Positions 48,715 through 58,273 of a stretch of DNA of 64,000 nucleotides are shown here, one piece after another; within the stretch, counting starts at the first letter, position 1, and every line of letters starts with the position of its first letter. Position numbers and translations under genes: made by a program. The notes beneath the pieces were generated by a model, which saw nothing but the letters and a program-made list of their open reading frames with translations, searched no databases and was not told the origin of the DNA. This stretch comes from Candidatus Omnitrophota bacterium (lineage in GTDB: Bacteria > Omnitrophota > Gorgyraeia > Gygaellales > UBA12090), in NCBI GenBank assembly GCA_023247895.1, contig JAHFFP010000001.1, forward strand, positions 1,029 through 65,028. The letters are read 5' to 3'.

Positions 48715-49285
48715 TCTCCCTTATTCTATTAAAGTTATTCATTGCTGCTTCTATACCATATTCCAACCAATACAATACCGCTTCTTTCGCCGTTATAACG
48801 GCGTTCTGAATTATTCCTTTTTCTTTAGCCGAAAACCGTGACACTACATACTCGCTTAAATCCCGAAGGCTATCTTCAGGCGCGATTCCCACTCTTAAGC
48901 GCGGAAAATCTTCCGTGCGCAGAGAATGAATTATAGCCTGTAAGCCTTTGTGGCCCCCGGCGCTGCCCTTTGCTTTAAGTTTTATCCTGCCTAATGCTAC
49001 GTGTATGTCGTCACAGACTACCAGAATATCTGTAGGGCATAACCTATATTCTTCGGCTAATTTCTTTACGCAATCGCCTGAAAGATTCATATAGGTTTGC
49101 GGTTTACAAAGAACAACTTCTTCTCTTTTAAAGTGAACTTTTATTTTTTGCGATTTGGTTTTGAGGTCTGCCTTCGGGCGCTTCCCAAAGTGCTCAAGGA
49201 GCGCGTCTACCGCCATAAACCCTAAATTATGGCGCGTATTCTTGTAGCCTTCTCCCGGATTGCCTAATCCTACTACCGCTTTCAC
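48701..49285 (-). CDS. pth: peptidyl-tRNA hydrolase
   Basis: VVGLGNPG...YKNTRHNLGF. Confidence 0.9.
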   Translation of the reverse strand: MKAVVGLGNPGEGYKNTRHNLGFMAVDALLEHFGKRPKADLKTKSQKIKVHFKREEVVLCKPQTYMNLSGDCVKKLAEEYRLCPTDILVVCDDIHVALGRIKLKAKGSAGGHKGLQAIIHSLRTEDFPRLRVGIAPEDSLRDLSEYVVSRFSAKEKGIIQNAVITAKEAVLYWLEYGIEAAMNNFNRIREIENG

Positions 49286-49321
49286 AAAAATAAGCTGTCT
49301 GTGTAAAGAAAAAAGGATATG

Positions 49322-50023
49322 TTATTTCTTTTCTTCTTTCTTTGTGGCTGCTTCACCGGTGGCTCCTTCAGCCTTTTCTTTCTTCTCTTTGATAACCTCA
49401 GGCTCGGCCTTTGCCTGGCCTGCAAGAGCTTCTTCAGCCGCAGGAACAGCCTCTTTGGTTGGCATACTCACGGCTAACACCGTTGCCCCAGGATCGCTAA
49501 GTACTTTTACCCCTTGAGGAAGTGAAAGGTCTTTAATATGAAGCGCATCGCCAATCTTCAAGTTTGAAACATCTACCTCTATAGACTCAGGGATCTGCGT
49601 AGGAAGGCACTCGATTTCTAATTCCCACATCGTATGGTCAAGAATCCCGCCATCTTGCTTGACGCCAACAGCCTCGCCTGTAGCAACCAGACCCACCTTT
49701 ACCCTGATAGTCTTTGTTAAGGATATCTCATGAAAATCGATATGAACAATCTCGTCACTCACGGGGTCATGCTGTATCTGCTTTATGAGGACAGACTTGT
49801 CTTGAGATTGAGCGCCATCCTTAATCCTTAAGGTGATCACGAACGATTCCCCCTTATGCACTCGCATAAGATGCAGCAAATCCTTGCTCACTAATTGAAT
49901 GCTTAAGGATTTTTTCCCTTCACCGTAGACTACCGCAGGTAACAGCGCCCGTTTACGCAAGCGATTTACCTTGCCTGTGCCAATGTCCTGCCTTCTCTGT
50001 GCTTCTAGAATTACCTCTTCCAT
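49322..50023 (-). CDS. ctc: ribosomal protein L25/general stress protein Ctc
   Basis: RKRALLPAVVYGEGKK ... two-domain L25/Ctc with Ala/Glu/Lys-rich tail. Confidence 0.8.
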   Translation of the reverse strand: MEEVILEAQRRQDIGTGKVNRLRKRALLPAVVYGEGKKSLSIQLVSKDLLHLMRVHKGESFVITLRIKDGAQSQDKSVLIKQIQHDPVSDEIVHIDFHEISLTKTIRVKVGLVATGEAVGVKQDGGILDHTMWELEIECLPTQIPESIEVDVSNLKIGDALHIKDLSLPQGVKVLSDPGATVLAVSMPTKEAVPAAEEALAGQAKAEPEVIKEKKEKAEGATGEAATKKEEKK

Positions 50024-50095
50024 TTTCCTTCGCTCCTTCATCGCTCGGAGTGTAAAGTTTATACGTGCAACTTACACACTAACGTACTTTTTTTT

Positions 50096-51040
50096 CTAAT
50101 CAAATAACGAACTCACCGACTCCTCTTTATATATCCTCTTAATTGCCTCGCCTAAAAGCTCGGCAATTGAGAGGACCTTAATCTTAGGATGCTTTTTTTG
50201 GTTATCTAAAGGAATGCTGTCCGTAATTAATAATTCCTTCAAATTCTTGCTTTTATCTACCCGTTCTATGGCAGAACCGCACAATACGCCGTGGCTGACT
50301 GCGGCGCGTATCTCTTTGGCTCCGTGGTTTGCAAGTATTTCAACCGCTTCAATGAGCGAAGAGCCTGTCGAAATAAGATCATCAACTAAGATAATATTCT
50401 TCCCCTCTATCTCACCTAAGATATGCTCTGCTTCGGTAGACTCCGGAGAAATCCTGCGTTTATCCACAATGGCAAGCCCCGCGTTCAAACGCTTGGCATA
50501 TGCTCGTGCCATCTTGATTCCGCCTACATCCGGAGAAACTACTACCAAATCTTTTAGCTTGAGTTTCTCAAAATATTCCACAAAAACCCCCACCGCAAAC
50601 AGGTGGTCCAAGGGTATATCAAAGAATCCCTGGATTTGCCCCGCGTGCAAATCCATGGTCAGGACCCTATCAGCGCCCGCGACGGTAATCAGGTTTGCCA
50701 CTAATTTCGCAGTGATGGGTACCCGAGGCTGGTCCTTACGGTCCTGGCGCGCATATCCGTAATACGGCATCACCGCGGTTATACGCTTAGCCGATGCCCT
50801 CTTTAAGGCATCAACAAGAATCAACAACTCCATCAAAGTATCATTCGCCGGAGGGCACGTTGGCTGAATCACAAACACATCTTTTCCCCGGATATTCTCC
50901 TCAATTTTTACCCTTATTTCCCCTTCGCTAAACCGGCCTACCAGGCATTCGGATAATTTTAATTTTAGATATTTACAGATGCTCTTGGCTAATTCAGGAT
51001 GAGCGTTTCCGGTTACTAAAGCCAATTTATCCATTATCAT
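50096..51040 (-). CDS. prs: ribose-phosphate pyrophosphokinase
   Basis: MPYYGYARQDRK, DLHAGQIQGFFDIP, VDDLISTGSS. Confidence 0.9.
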   Translation of the reverse strand: MIMDKLALVTGNAHPELAKSICKYLKLKLSECLVGRFSEGEIRVKIEENIRGKDVFVIQPTCPPANDTLMELLILVDALKRASAKRITAVMPYYGYARQDRKDQPRVPITAKLVANLITVAGADRVLTMDLHAGQIQGFFDIPLDHLFAVGVFVEYFEKLKLKDLVVVSPDVGGIKMARAYAKRLNAGLAIVDKRRISPESTEAEHILGEIEGKNIILVDDLISTGSSLIEAVEILANHGAKEIRAAVSHGVLCGSAIERVDKSKNLKELLITDSIPLDNQKKHPKIKVLSIAELLGEAIKRIYKEESVSSLFD

Positions 51041-51058
51041 TCACTCCGTCTATAGAGG

Positions 51059-52312
51059 TTACTTTCTTAATGGCCGTGCAGGCACCCCCACAACCACTTC
51101 TTGGGCTTTCACATCTTTAGTGACAACTGCCCCTGCTCCGGTAATTGCGTGTTTGCCGATTTTTACCGGCGCCCGTAACACGGTATCACAGCCGATAAAT
51201 GCGCCGTCACCTATAACAGTCTTTTGCTTATTCTTGCCGTCGAAATTAGCTACCACGGTCCCGCAGCCGATATTTACCTTGTTTCCGGCAACAGTATCTC
51301 CGAGATAACTGAAATGCTTCATAAAAGACTCACCACCAATTCGAGAACGAGTTATCTCTGTATAATTGCCGATAACTGTCTTATCTTCAATAACCGTTCC
51401 TGGCCGTAAATGACAAAAAGGGCCTATCTGGCAGAATTTACCAATTTTAACATCTTTTTCAACAACTGTAAAGGGATAAATTATTGTATCTTGCCCTATA
51501 GCACTGCCAAAGTCTATATGCGTAGTTTCCGGGTCTACTATCCCTATCCCCGCCAGCATAAATTTTTCTAACATACGATAGCGCATAATCTTTTGCGCCT
51601 CGGCTAAATCTATGCGCGTATTTATGCCTTGCGCTTCCTTTACGTCGCCTTTAAGCGCTATTGAGTCGATACGCAAGCCTTCATCAGCCATAAGCTTTAT
51701 GCAATCGGTTAAATAATATTCTTTTTTCGCGTTATTTGGCTTAATCTTGGCTATTGCCTTAAAAAGCAAATGTTTCTTAAAACAAATTATCCCCGTATTT
51801 ATCTCATTAACATTTTTCTGCTCTCTCGCAGCATCCTTCTCTTCTACAATGGCTTTTATGCTGCAGAAATTATCGCGTATAATTCTCCCATAGCCGCACG
51901 GATTGTCTACATACGCGCTCAGGATAGTTGCCGCGGCATCCGCCTCGTTATGTTTTTGAATGAGCCTTTGCAAGGTTTCTTCTCGGAGAAGGGGCTGATC
52001 CCCATACAGCACGATGATATCCCCGGAAAAACTTCTTAAGGCGCCTTCGGCCCTTTTAATCGCATCCGCAGTGCCTAAGAGCTTATCTTGATACACAGGT
52101 TTAGCTTTATATTCAGCCAGTAGCTCCTGAAGCATTTCCCTCTTATGGCCAACGACTACGAGAGTGCTCTTTAATTTCAGCTCTTTGGCTAAATCCAAAA
52201 CATATGCCAGCATTGGACGGCCGCACAAAGGATGCATCACCTTAGGGATTACAGATTTCATCCGTGTGCCTTCACCTGCCGCCAAAATTATACCAACACA
52301 ATTCTTACTCAT
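51059..52312 (-). CDS. glmU: bifunctional UDP-GlcNAc pyrophosphorylase / GlcN-1-P N-acetyltransferase
   Basis: GIILAAGEGTRMKS, C-terminal hexapeptide repeats. Confidence 0.9.
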   Translation of the reverse strand: MSKNCVGIILAAGEGTRMKSVIPKVMHPLCGRPMLAYVLDLAKELKLKSTLVVVGHKREMLQELLAEYKAKPVYQDKLLGTADAIKRAEGALRSFSGDIIVLYGDQPLLREETLQRLIQKHNEADAAATILSAYVDNPCGYGRIIRDNFCSIKAIVEEKDAAREQKNVNEINTGIICFKKHLLFKAIAKIKPNNAKKEYYLTDCIKLMADEGLRIDSIALKGDVKEAQGINTRIDLAEAQKIMRYRMLEKFMLAGIGIVDPETTHIDFGSAIGQDTIIYPFTVVEKDVKIGKFCQIGPFCHLRPGTVIEDKTVIGNYTEITRSRIGGESFMKHFSYLGDTVAGNKVNIGCGTVVANFDGKNKQKTVIGDGAFIGCDTVLRAPVKIGKHAITGAGAVVTKDVKAQEVVVGVPARPLRK

Positions 52313-52590
52313 AATGGCCTTACGAAAAGCAAAAAAAACTACATTACTAATTGCTGCGCAAGCCCTAGCGTCATTTTGCAAATTGAAGGGCGTAGCAGAA
52401 TCACCCTAATTGGCATCTGATTGCGCGCTTTTATGGCTTGGAAACAGGCTAAAATGAACAGCTAACGGTATATGTCTTTTCTGCTGCTGATACGCAAAAC
52501 AAGAATCAAAATCTCCCGTAATCAAATCTCGAATCTCGATTTTCGATTCTCTACCAATTTCGAGCCCTGGTTAGAGCCCAAGCTCGAAAT

Positions 52591-52664
52591 TGGTTGCCCG
52601 GCAAGGATTCGAACCTTGACGCTCAGACCCAAATTCTGATGTGCTACCATTACACTACCGGGCA
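52591..52664 (-). tRNA. tRNA-Gln (anticodon TTG), CCA encoded
   Basis: TGCCCGG/CCGGGCA acceptor, anticodon loop AT-TTG-GG, GGTTCGAATCC T-loop; 12-bp hairpin immediately 3'. Confidence 0.75.
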
Positions 52665-52686
52665 AAAGTCTCTATCCAAAAACCTC

Positions 52687-53091
52687 CTACGAAACTACTT
52701 CTGCCTGTCCTTTGTTCTTCTCCTGTGCGTAGCCCTCAAGGACTTTTTTCTGTAAATATTCCCTAAATTGTTGCGTGATAGGATGCGCGATGTCCTTATG
52801 CTCTGACTGCATATCTGAAGCCTGTGACTCTCCGGTTATCGGCTGGGAAACAAGCGGCAGCTGTGCCGCGCATTGATTGCAGTATTTGCTGCGCAATTCA
52901 TTCCTAAAGCCGCACTTTGGGCATGGCTGTTTTATCTTTCTTGACGGCATCGCAATAAACAAGCCGCTTGAGCCCTCAATAACCTTTATATTCCTTACCA
53001 CAAAGGCATTATCTAAGGTAATAGTAGCATATGCCTTTAATTTTTTATCTGGCGAATCCTTTAAAAATATTCTTACTTCGCTTATCTCCAT
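52687..53091 (-). CDS. spoVG: SpoVG-family protein carrying an inserted CxxC-X11-CxxC zinc-ribbon segment
   Basis: MEISEVRIFLKD...AYATITLDNAFVVRNIKVIEGSSGLFIAMPS then CPKCGF...CNQC insertion, then DIAHPIT. Confidence 0.75.
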   Translation of the reverse strand: MEISEVRIFLKDSPDKKLKAYATITLDNAFVVRNIKVIEGSSGLFIAMPSRKIKQPCPKCGFRNELRSKYCNQCAAQLPLVSQPITGESQASDMQSEHKDIAHPITQQFREYLQKKVLEGYAQEKNKGQAEVVS

Positions 53092-53127
53092 CGGTGTTAA
53101 CCCTCCTTAAAACCCATCATATGGTGT

Positions 53128-53991
53128 TCAAATTGTTTTTACTACAAATACCTTTACTTTCTGACCATGCTGAAAATGCGCTGCAATCTCAAGGCCCTCC
53201 TTTCTTGAATGAACGATCCCAAAGACTGACCCTCCGGAACCAGACATCAGCACATGCGTAAGCCCGCAGGCTCTCAAATTTTCTTTAAGTATTCTTACCT
53301 CGGGATACTTTCTAAAAGTAATTTCCTCAAGCCGGTTAAACAATATTGAATCTATTGTGAAGTTTCTTCTGCACGCTACTGTGCGTGTGTCTGCATTATG
53401 TCCGCAAAGACCTGCGTTCTTATCAAATTCCCGATATATTTCTTTCGTAGAAACTGATATAGGGGGCACCAAAACAATATGCCAGATTTTTTTATGTAAA
53501 GGGGCAAACGGTTTCACCTTTTCGCCCCTGGAGCTTCCCCAGGCAAAAGAAACATCCGCTATAAAAAAAGCCACATCACTGCCAAGCTCTGCTGCGTACT
53601 CACACAGCCTTCTTCGGCTTAAACGAAGCCTCCAGAGTTGATTTAAGCCGATGAGTGTCGCCGCGGCATTGCTTGAGCCTCCGCCTAAGCCTGCCCCCAA
53701 GGGTATCCGTTTCTTTATCCGGAACCTTACTCCTTTTTTAATCCCCAAACTATTCTTTAAAAGGGTTGCTGCCTTATACACAAGGTTACGGCTGTCCAAA
53801 GGCATTTCTTTAGAATCGGATTCTATAGTAATACTATTGTCTTGGGACTCCTTTATAGTTATTTCATCGGCTAAAGATATCCGCTCAAAAAGCGTAGAGA
53901 TGGTATGATATCCATCCGGCCTTTTATCCAAAACCTCCAGATAGAGATTTAATTTTGCCGGCGAGATTACCCTTACTGTTTTAGCCATCAC
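53128..53991 (-). CDS. ispE: 4-diphosphocytidyl-2-C-methyl-D-erythritol kinase
   Basis: SPAKLNLYLEV, PLGAGLGGGSSNAAA (GHMP kinase). Confidence 0.85.
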   Translation of the reverse strand: MMAKTVRVISPAKLNLYLEVLDKRPDGYHTISTLFERISLADEITIKESQDNSITIESDSKEMPLDSRNLVYKAATLLKNSLGIKKGVRFRIKKRIPLGAGLGGGSSNAAATLIGLNQLWRLRLSRRRLCEYAAELGSDVAFFIADVSFAWGSSRGEKVKPFAPLHKKIWHIVLVPPISVSTKEIYREFDKNAGLCGHNADTRTVACRRNFTIDSILFNRLEEITFRKYPEVRILKENLRACGLTHVLMSGSGGSVFGIVHSRKEGLEIAAHFQHGQKVKVFVVKTI

Positions 53992-53995
53992 GTTA

Positions 53996-54922
53996 TCAAA
54001 GAACTCTTTTACAAGTAGCTACAATGTCCTTTACGGACAATTTATATTCGTTCAACAACTCATCCGGCTCGCCTGATTGCCCGTAGCGATTCCTTACGCC
54101 CACCCGTAACACGGTAGTAGGATGATGTTCGGCAACCACCTCATCAACTGCCGAAGCTAAACCACCCACAATCGTATGTTCTTCACAGACGACAATCCCT
54201 TTGGTTTCTTTTGCCGCTTTTATGATGGCTTTTGAATCAATGGGCTTTATGGTATGCATATTGATTACCCTGCAGTATATGCCTTCATTCTTAAGCGCAA
54301 TAGCGGCATCAAGAGCCTGCGTTACCATAATGCCGCAGGCAATGACCGCGATATCCTTACCCTCGGATAATACTTCGGCCTCGCCGAATTTAAAGATCCC
54401 TTTTCCTTCAAGGGTCGCAACCTTTGGCCTTCCAAGCCTTACATACACAGGCCCTTGCGTCTGGTATGCCGCTAACACCGCATCGCGCGTCTGAGGGCCG
54501 TCCGCGGGGACAATAACTTTCATCGTCGGGATAATCCGCATAAGGGTAATATCCTCTAATGCCTGATGCGAGGCTCCGTCAGGGCCAACGCTCACCCCCG
54601 CGTGGGTAGCCACGATCTTAACATTAAAATTATTATAGGCAAGGGTATTACGCACCTGATCCCATGCCCTTCCTGTAGCAAATATCGCAAAGGTAGAGAT
54701 AAACACAATTTTCCCGCAGCTTGCCATACCGGCTGATGCCGCAACCATATTCTGTTCGGCAACGCCGAAATTAAAAAACCTGTCCTTAAACTCCTTGGTA
54801 AAAAGGCACGTCCTTGTAGAACTGGAAAGGTCGGCATCAAAAACCACCACATTGGGGTCGCTCTTGCCAAGCTCCACCAATGTTTTGCCATACACATCGC
54901 GTTGATAAAGCATCTCAGCCAT
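53996..54922 (-). CDS. transketolase, C-terminal section subunit
   Basis: Pyrimidine-binding and C-terminal domains; split arrangement with upstream N-terminal subunit. Confidence 0.85.
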   Translation of the reverse strand: MAEMLYQRDVYGKTLVELGKSDPNVVVFDADLSSSTRTCLFTKEFKDRFFNFGVAEQNMVAASAGMASCGKIVFISTFAIFATGRAWDQVRNTLAYNNFNVKIVATHAGVSVGPDGASHQALEDITLMRIIPTMKVIVPADGPQTRDAVLAAYQTQGPVYVRLGRPKVATLEGKGIFKFGEAEVLSEGKDIAVIACGIMVTQALDAAIALKNEGIYCRVINMHTIKPIDSKAIIKAAKETKGIVVCEEHTIVGGLASAVDEVVAEHHPTTVLRVGVRNRYGQSGEPDELLNEYKLSVKDIVATCKRVL

Positions 54923-54924
54923 AA

Positions 54925-55755
54925 TTATTCCAATTCTTTTAACGCTTTCTCCGCTTCTTCTTTAGTAGGTGCCCTACCGTGAAATTCCAAAACGCCTTCC
55001 ATAAATGAAACCCCCTTGCCCTTTATGGTATGCGCAATGATGATAGTGGGTTTACCTTTTATCGTCTTGGCTTCTTCAAAGGCATAGAGCAGCTCTTTGA
55101 TATCATGGCCGTTTATTTCAATGGTATGCCAGCCAAAGCTGCGCCATTTATCGGTAACAGGCTCCAAATTCATTATCTCTTTGGTGCAGCCGTCTATTTG
55201 AAAACCATTATAATCGAGAATCGCACAAAGGTTATCGCGCTGATAATGGCTGCATGCCATTGCCGCTTCCCAGATATTTCCTTCCTGGATTTCCCCATCG
55301 CCCATCACACAATACACCCGGTAATCGCGCGTATCAACTTTTGCTGCCAGGCTCATACCCAAAGCAACCGATAAACCCTGGCCTAATGAACCGCTTGCCA
55401 CCTCAACTCCTGGGACCCTTCTATCCGGATGCCCCTGCAATATTGACCCAAACTTTCGTAGAGTTAAAAGATGCCCCGCAGGAAAATACCCCGCCTCTGA
55501 TAACGCCGCGTATAACGCCGGACAACAATGCCCTTTCGATAAATGAAACCTATCCCTGTCCTGCCAATAAGGCTCTTTAGGATTATAGCGCATGACTTTA
55601 AAATAAAGGCACGTAATGACATCGGTAATAGAGAGGCTCCCTCCCGGATGCCCAGAGCCTGCCTGAGCCAGCATCTGAATGACAAGCCTGCGAATCTGCT
55701 TTGCCTTTTCTTCTAAAAGCTTTATTTCTTTTTCATCGATTGTTTTTATCATCAC
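54925..55755 (-). CDS. transketolase, N-terminal (TPP-binding) section subunit
   Basis: GHPGGSLS, GDGEIQEGNIWEA TPP motifs. Confidence 0.85.
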   Translation of the reverse strand: MMIKTIDEKEIKLLEEKAKQIRRLVIQMLAQAGSGHPGGSLSITDVITCLYFKVMRYNPKEPYWQDRDRFHLSKGHCCPALYAALSEAGYFPAGHLLTLRKFGSILQGHPDRRVPGVEVASGSLGQGLSVALGMSLAAKVDTRDYRVYCVMGDGEIQEGNIWEAAMACSHYQRDNLCAILDYNGFQIDGCTKEIMNLEPVTDKWRSFGWHTIEINGHDIKELLYAFEEAKTIKGKPTIIIAHTIKGKGVSFMEGVLEFHGRAPTKEEAEKALKELE

Positions 55756-56720
55756 TTTAGCTTTTCTAATTTCTCTTTTACCTTTTGCTGCTCGGCATCT
55801 AAACTAAGAGACTTCTCCCAGCTCCGTAACGCCTTATCGGATATTCCCTTCTTAAAATATGCATCGCCCAAATGGTCAAATATGACTGGGTCAGAAAGCA
55901 AAGCGCTTGCCTTTTCCAGATATTCGATAGCCTTATCAATAAGGCTCATTTTAAAATACACCCAGCCTAAACTATCGATGTAGGCACCATTATCAGGATC
56001 CGCAAGAAGCGCTTTTCTAATAAGCTCCTCTGCCTCAGCGAGATTCACGCCCTCTTCGGCATACACATAGCCCAAGGAATTAAGGGCATCAGGATACTCA
56101 GGATTCAGAGTGAGCGTTTCCTTGAATTTCTCGATTGCCTCTTTCCTTTTTCCCGACTCTTCTAAAAGGCTTCCTAAAAGGAATATCGCCTCATAATTAT
56201 CTTTCTCAAGCGTGAGTATAAGACTATACATCTCAATTGCGTTTTCAAACTTTTTCTGCTGGTAATATAATGCAGCTAAACTCTTAAGGATATAGATATT
56301 CTTAGGCTCTTTTTGCGCAGCCCTTTTCAACACCTCCTCATATTCCTTATTTGCCTTGTCTGAGGAATCCTGCGTTGAATATAAGAGCGCAAGCATAAGC
56401 CCTGCTTCCAAACCTTCAGGATCAAGCCGCTTAGCTTCTTCTAATTCCTGAATTGCTTTTGTAGTATCAGCCTTTCGAATAAAAACCGAGGCCAGGCGCA
56501 GGTGAATACTTGAGATATCTTTTTCCAGGCGAAGCGCATCTTTATACTCTGCGATTGCTTCGTCAAGCTTTTCCTGATGTTCATAAAATAAGCCCATCAT
56601 ATAATGGGCTTGGGCCTGCACTGTTTTTTTATCTCGAGGGCTGGCATAGCAGGAAAGCGTCAAAATAATACTTAAGGCAAAAACACCCGCGAAAAATTTT
56701 GCTGGTCTACAAAACGGCAT
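55752..56720 (-). CDS. TPR-repeat lipoprotein
   Basis: Signal peptide + multiple 34-aa TPR units. Confidence 0.65.
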   Translation of the reverse strand: MPFCRPAKFFAGVFALSIILTLSCYASPRDKKTVQAQAHYMMGLFYEHQEKLDEAIAEYKDALRLEKDISSIHLRLASVFIRKADTTKAIQELEEAKRLDPEGLEAGLMLALLYSTQDSSDKANKEYEEVLKRAAQKEPKNIYILKSLAALYYQQKKFENAIEMYSLILTLEKDNYEAIFLLGSLLEESGKRKEAIEKFKETLTLNPEYPDALNSLGYVYAEEGVNLAEAEELIRKALLADPDNGAYIDSLGWVYFKMSLIDKAIEYLEKASALLSDPVIFDHLGDAYFKKGISDKALRSWEKSLSLDAEQQKVKEKLEKLK

Positions 56721-57000
56721 CTATCGTATAGAAACGCAAAAATACTTTATATGGCACAGAAACCCTTACACCCCACTTTAAACCCATAATTTGCATTAGC
56801 CCACTGCGAATAACGCTAATCTTTTGGGTTAAAAGCCTTTGGCATAGAGGGACCGCTGTTTAGTTAATGCTGAAAAGTCTTTTTCTGGCACAAATTCTCA
56901 CGAATACAGTGACGAAATAAATCGCGCCTATTCATACAACATAAGGGTTTTTCAACGCTTAACTAGTTACGGTCAGCGCCGCCTTAAAAGGCCCTCACGC

Positions 57001-57102
57001 TTAACCCCAAGCTCTTTTCTTCAAGTGTCTACGCTTACGCAGCATTTTCTTTCTCTTGTGCGTGCGTATCTTCTTTTTCTTTCTTTTTCTGCCGCAAGGC
57101 AT
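57001..57102 (-). CDS. 33-aa extremely basic peptide (MPCGRKRKKKKIRTHKRKKMLRKRRHLKKRAWG); possible bS22/THX-like small ribosomal protein. Not in supplied ORF track.
   Basis: ATG preceded by GAAGGAGTGAAGAA (RBS, ~8-nt spacing). Composition resembles known tiny basic ribosomal proteins. Sits in an otherwise unexplained 500-nt gap. Confidence 0.35.
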   Translation of the reverse strand: MPCGRKRKKKKIRTHKRKKMLRKRRHLKKRAWG

Positions 57103-57232
57103 TTCTTCACTCCTTCAAGCTTGTTTTCGTTTGCCGTTGACCCTGCCTCACCGTCAGGCAGGCATGTACCGTTTACCGTTACGGCTAACGGTGAGCGTTC
57201 CAGGGTAAACGCAACGATTATCTTTAGTTTGG

Positions 57233-58111
57233 TTAATATATCAACTTATTCAACGGATACTCAATAATTCCCTCAGCGCCCGCTGACTTAAGCAAGGGGA
57301 TAATAGTGCGCACTATCTTTTCTTCAATGATTGTCTCAACCGCAAGCCAGTCTTTTTGGGCCAAATCTGATATCGTAGGATTTTTAAGCGCAGGCAGGAG
57401 GCTTATTACTCTTTTGACATTCTCTCTGCGGACATTCATTTTCAATCCCACCTTGCCTTCTGCCTGAATAGCGCCTTTAAGCAAAAGGCATATCTGGCGC
57501 ATTTTCTCTTGTTTCCAAGAATCTTTGTACGAAGCTTTATTGGCAATAAATTGGGTTGTTGACTCAATAATAGTCGCAATCTGAATAAGCTTATGCGCCC
57601 TTAGACTTCTTCCTGTTTCGGTAAGCTCGACAATTCCATCAACCAGCCCCGAAGCAACCTTCACTTCAGTTGCCCCCCAGCTAAATTCAACCTCCGCATC
57701 CACCTTGTTTTTCTTTAAATATGCTTTCGTCACATTCACAAGCTCAGTGGCAATTAATTTCCCCTTCAAATCTTTTACCTCTTTAATTCCGGAATTTTCC
57801 GGAACTGCCAATACCCAGCGCACCGGATTTAAACTCTGCTTGGCATACACTAATTCCTCAACGTTAACCACCTCAGAGCCGTTTTCCATTATCCAGTCGT
57901 TACCCGTAATACCGCAATCAAGAGCCCCATCCTCGACGTAACGCGACATTTCCTGCGCCCTAAGCAATACCGGGTCAATTTCAGGATCATCAATAGAAGG
58001 GATATAAGAACGCTCTCCCGTATAAATGCTAAACCCTGCCTTCTTAAGCATCGCAAACGTTGCTTCCTGCAAACTCCCCTTAGGCAAACCTAATTTTAAC
58101 ACTTTAGTCAT
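57233..58111 (-). CDS. hisG: ATP phosphoribosyltransferase, long form
   Basis: [16 protein letters not shown] start, catalytic + C-terminal regulatory domain (~290 aa). Confidence 0.8.
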   Translation of the reverse strand: MTKVLKLGLPKGSLQEATFAMLKKAGFSIYTGERSYIPSIDDPEIDPVLLRAQEMSRYVEDGALDCGITGNDWIMENGSEVVNVEELVYAKQSLNPVRWVLAVPENSGIKEVKDLKGKLIATELVNVTKAYLKKNKVDAEVEFSWGATEVKVASGLVDGIVELTETGRSLRAHKLIQIATIIESTTQFIANKASYKDSWKQEKMRQICLLLKGAIQAEGKVGLKMNVRRENVKRVISLLPALKNPTISDLAQKDWLAVETIIEEKIVRTIIPLLKSAGAEGIIEYPLNKLIY

Positions 58112-58273
58112 AGAGAATCCCTATCAAAAAAAACTCTCTCTCCTTACACCTATAAGAAAGGCACGTGCTTCATTCTATATCTTCACACCAGCCTCATGCC
58201 TAAAACCTTAACAATTATACAGGCATACATTTAAATTGTAAAGCAAAAAGATATTGCCTGAGTACGGTTAAAG

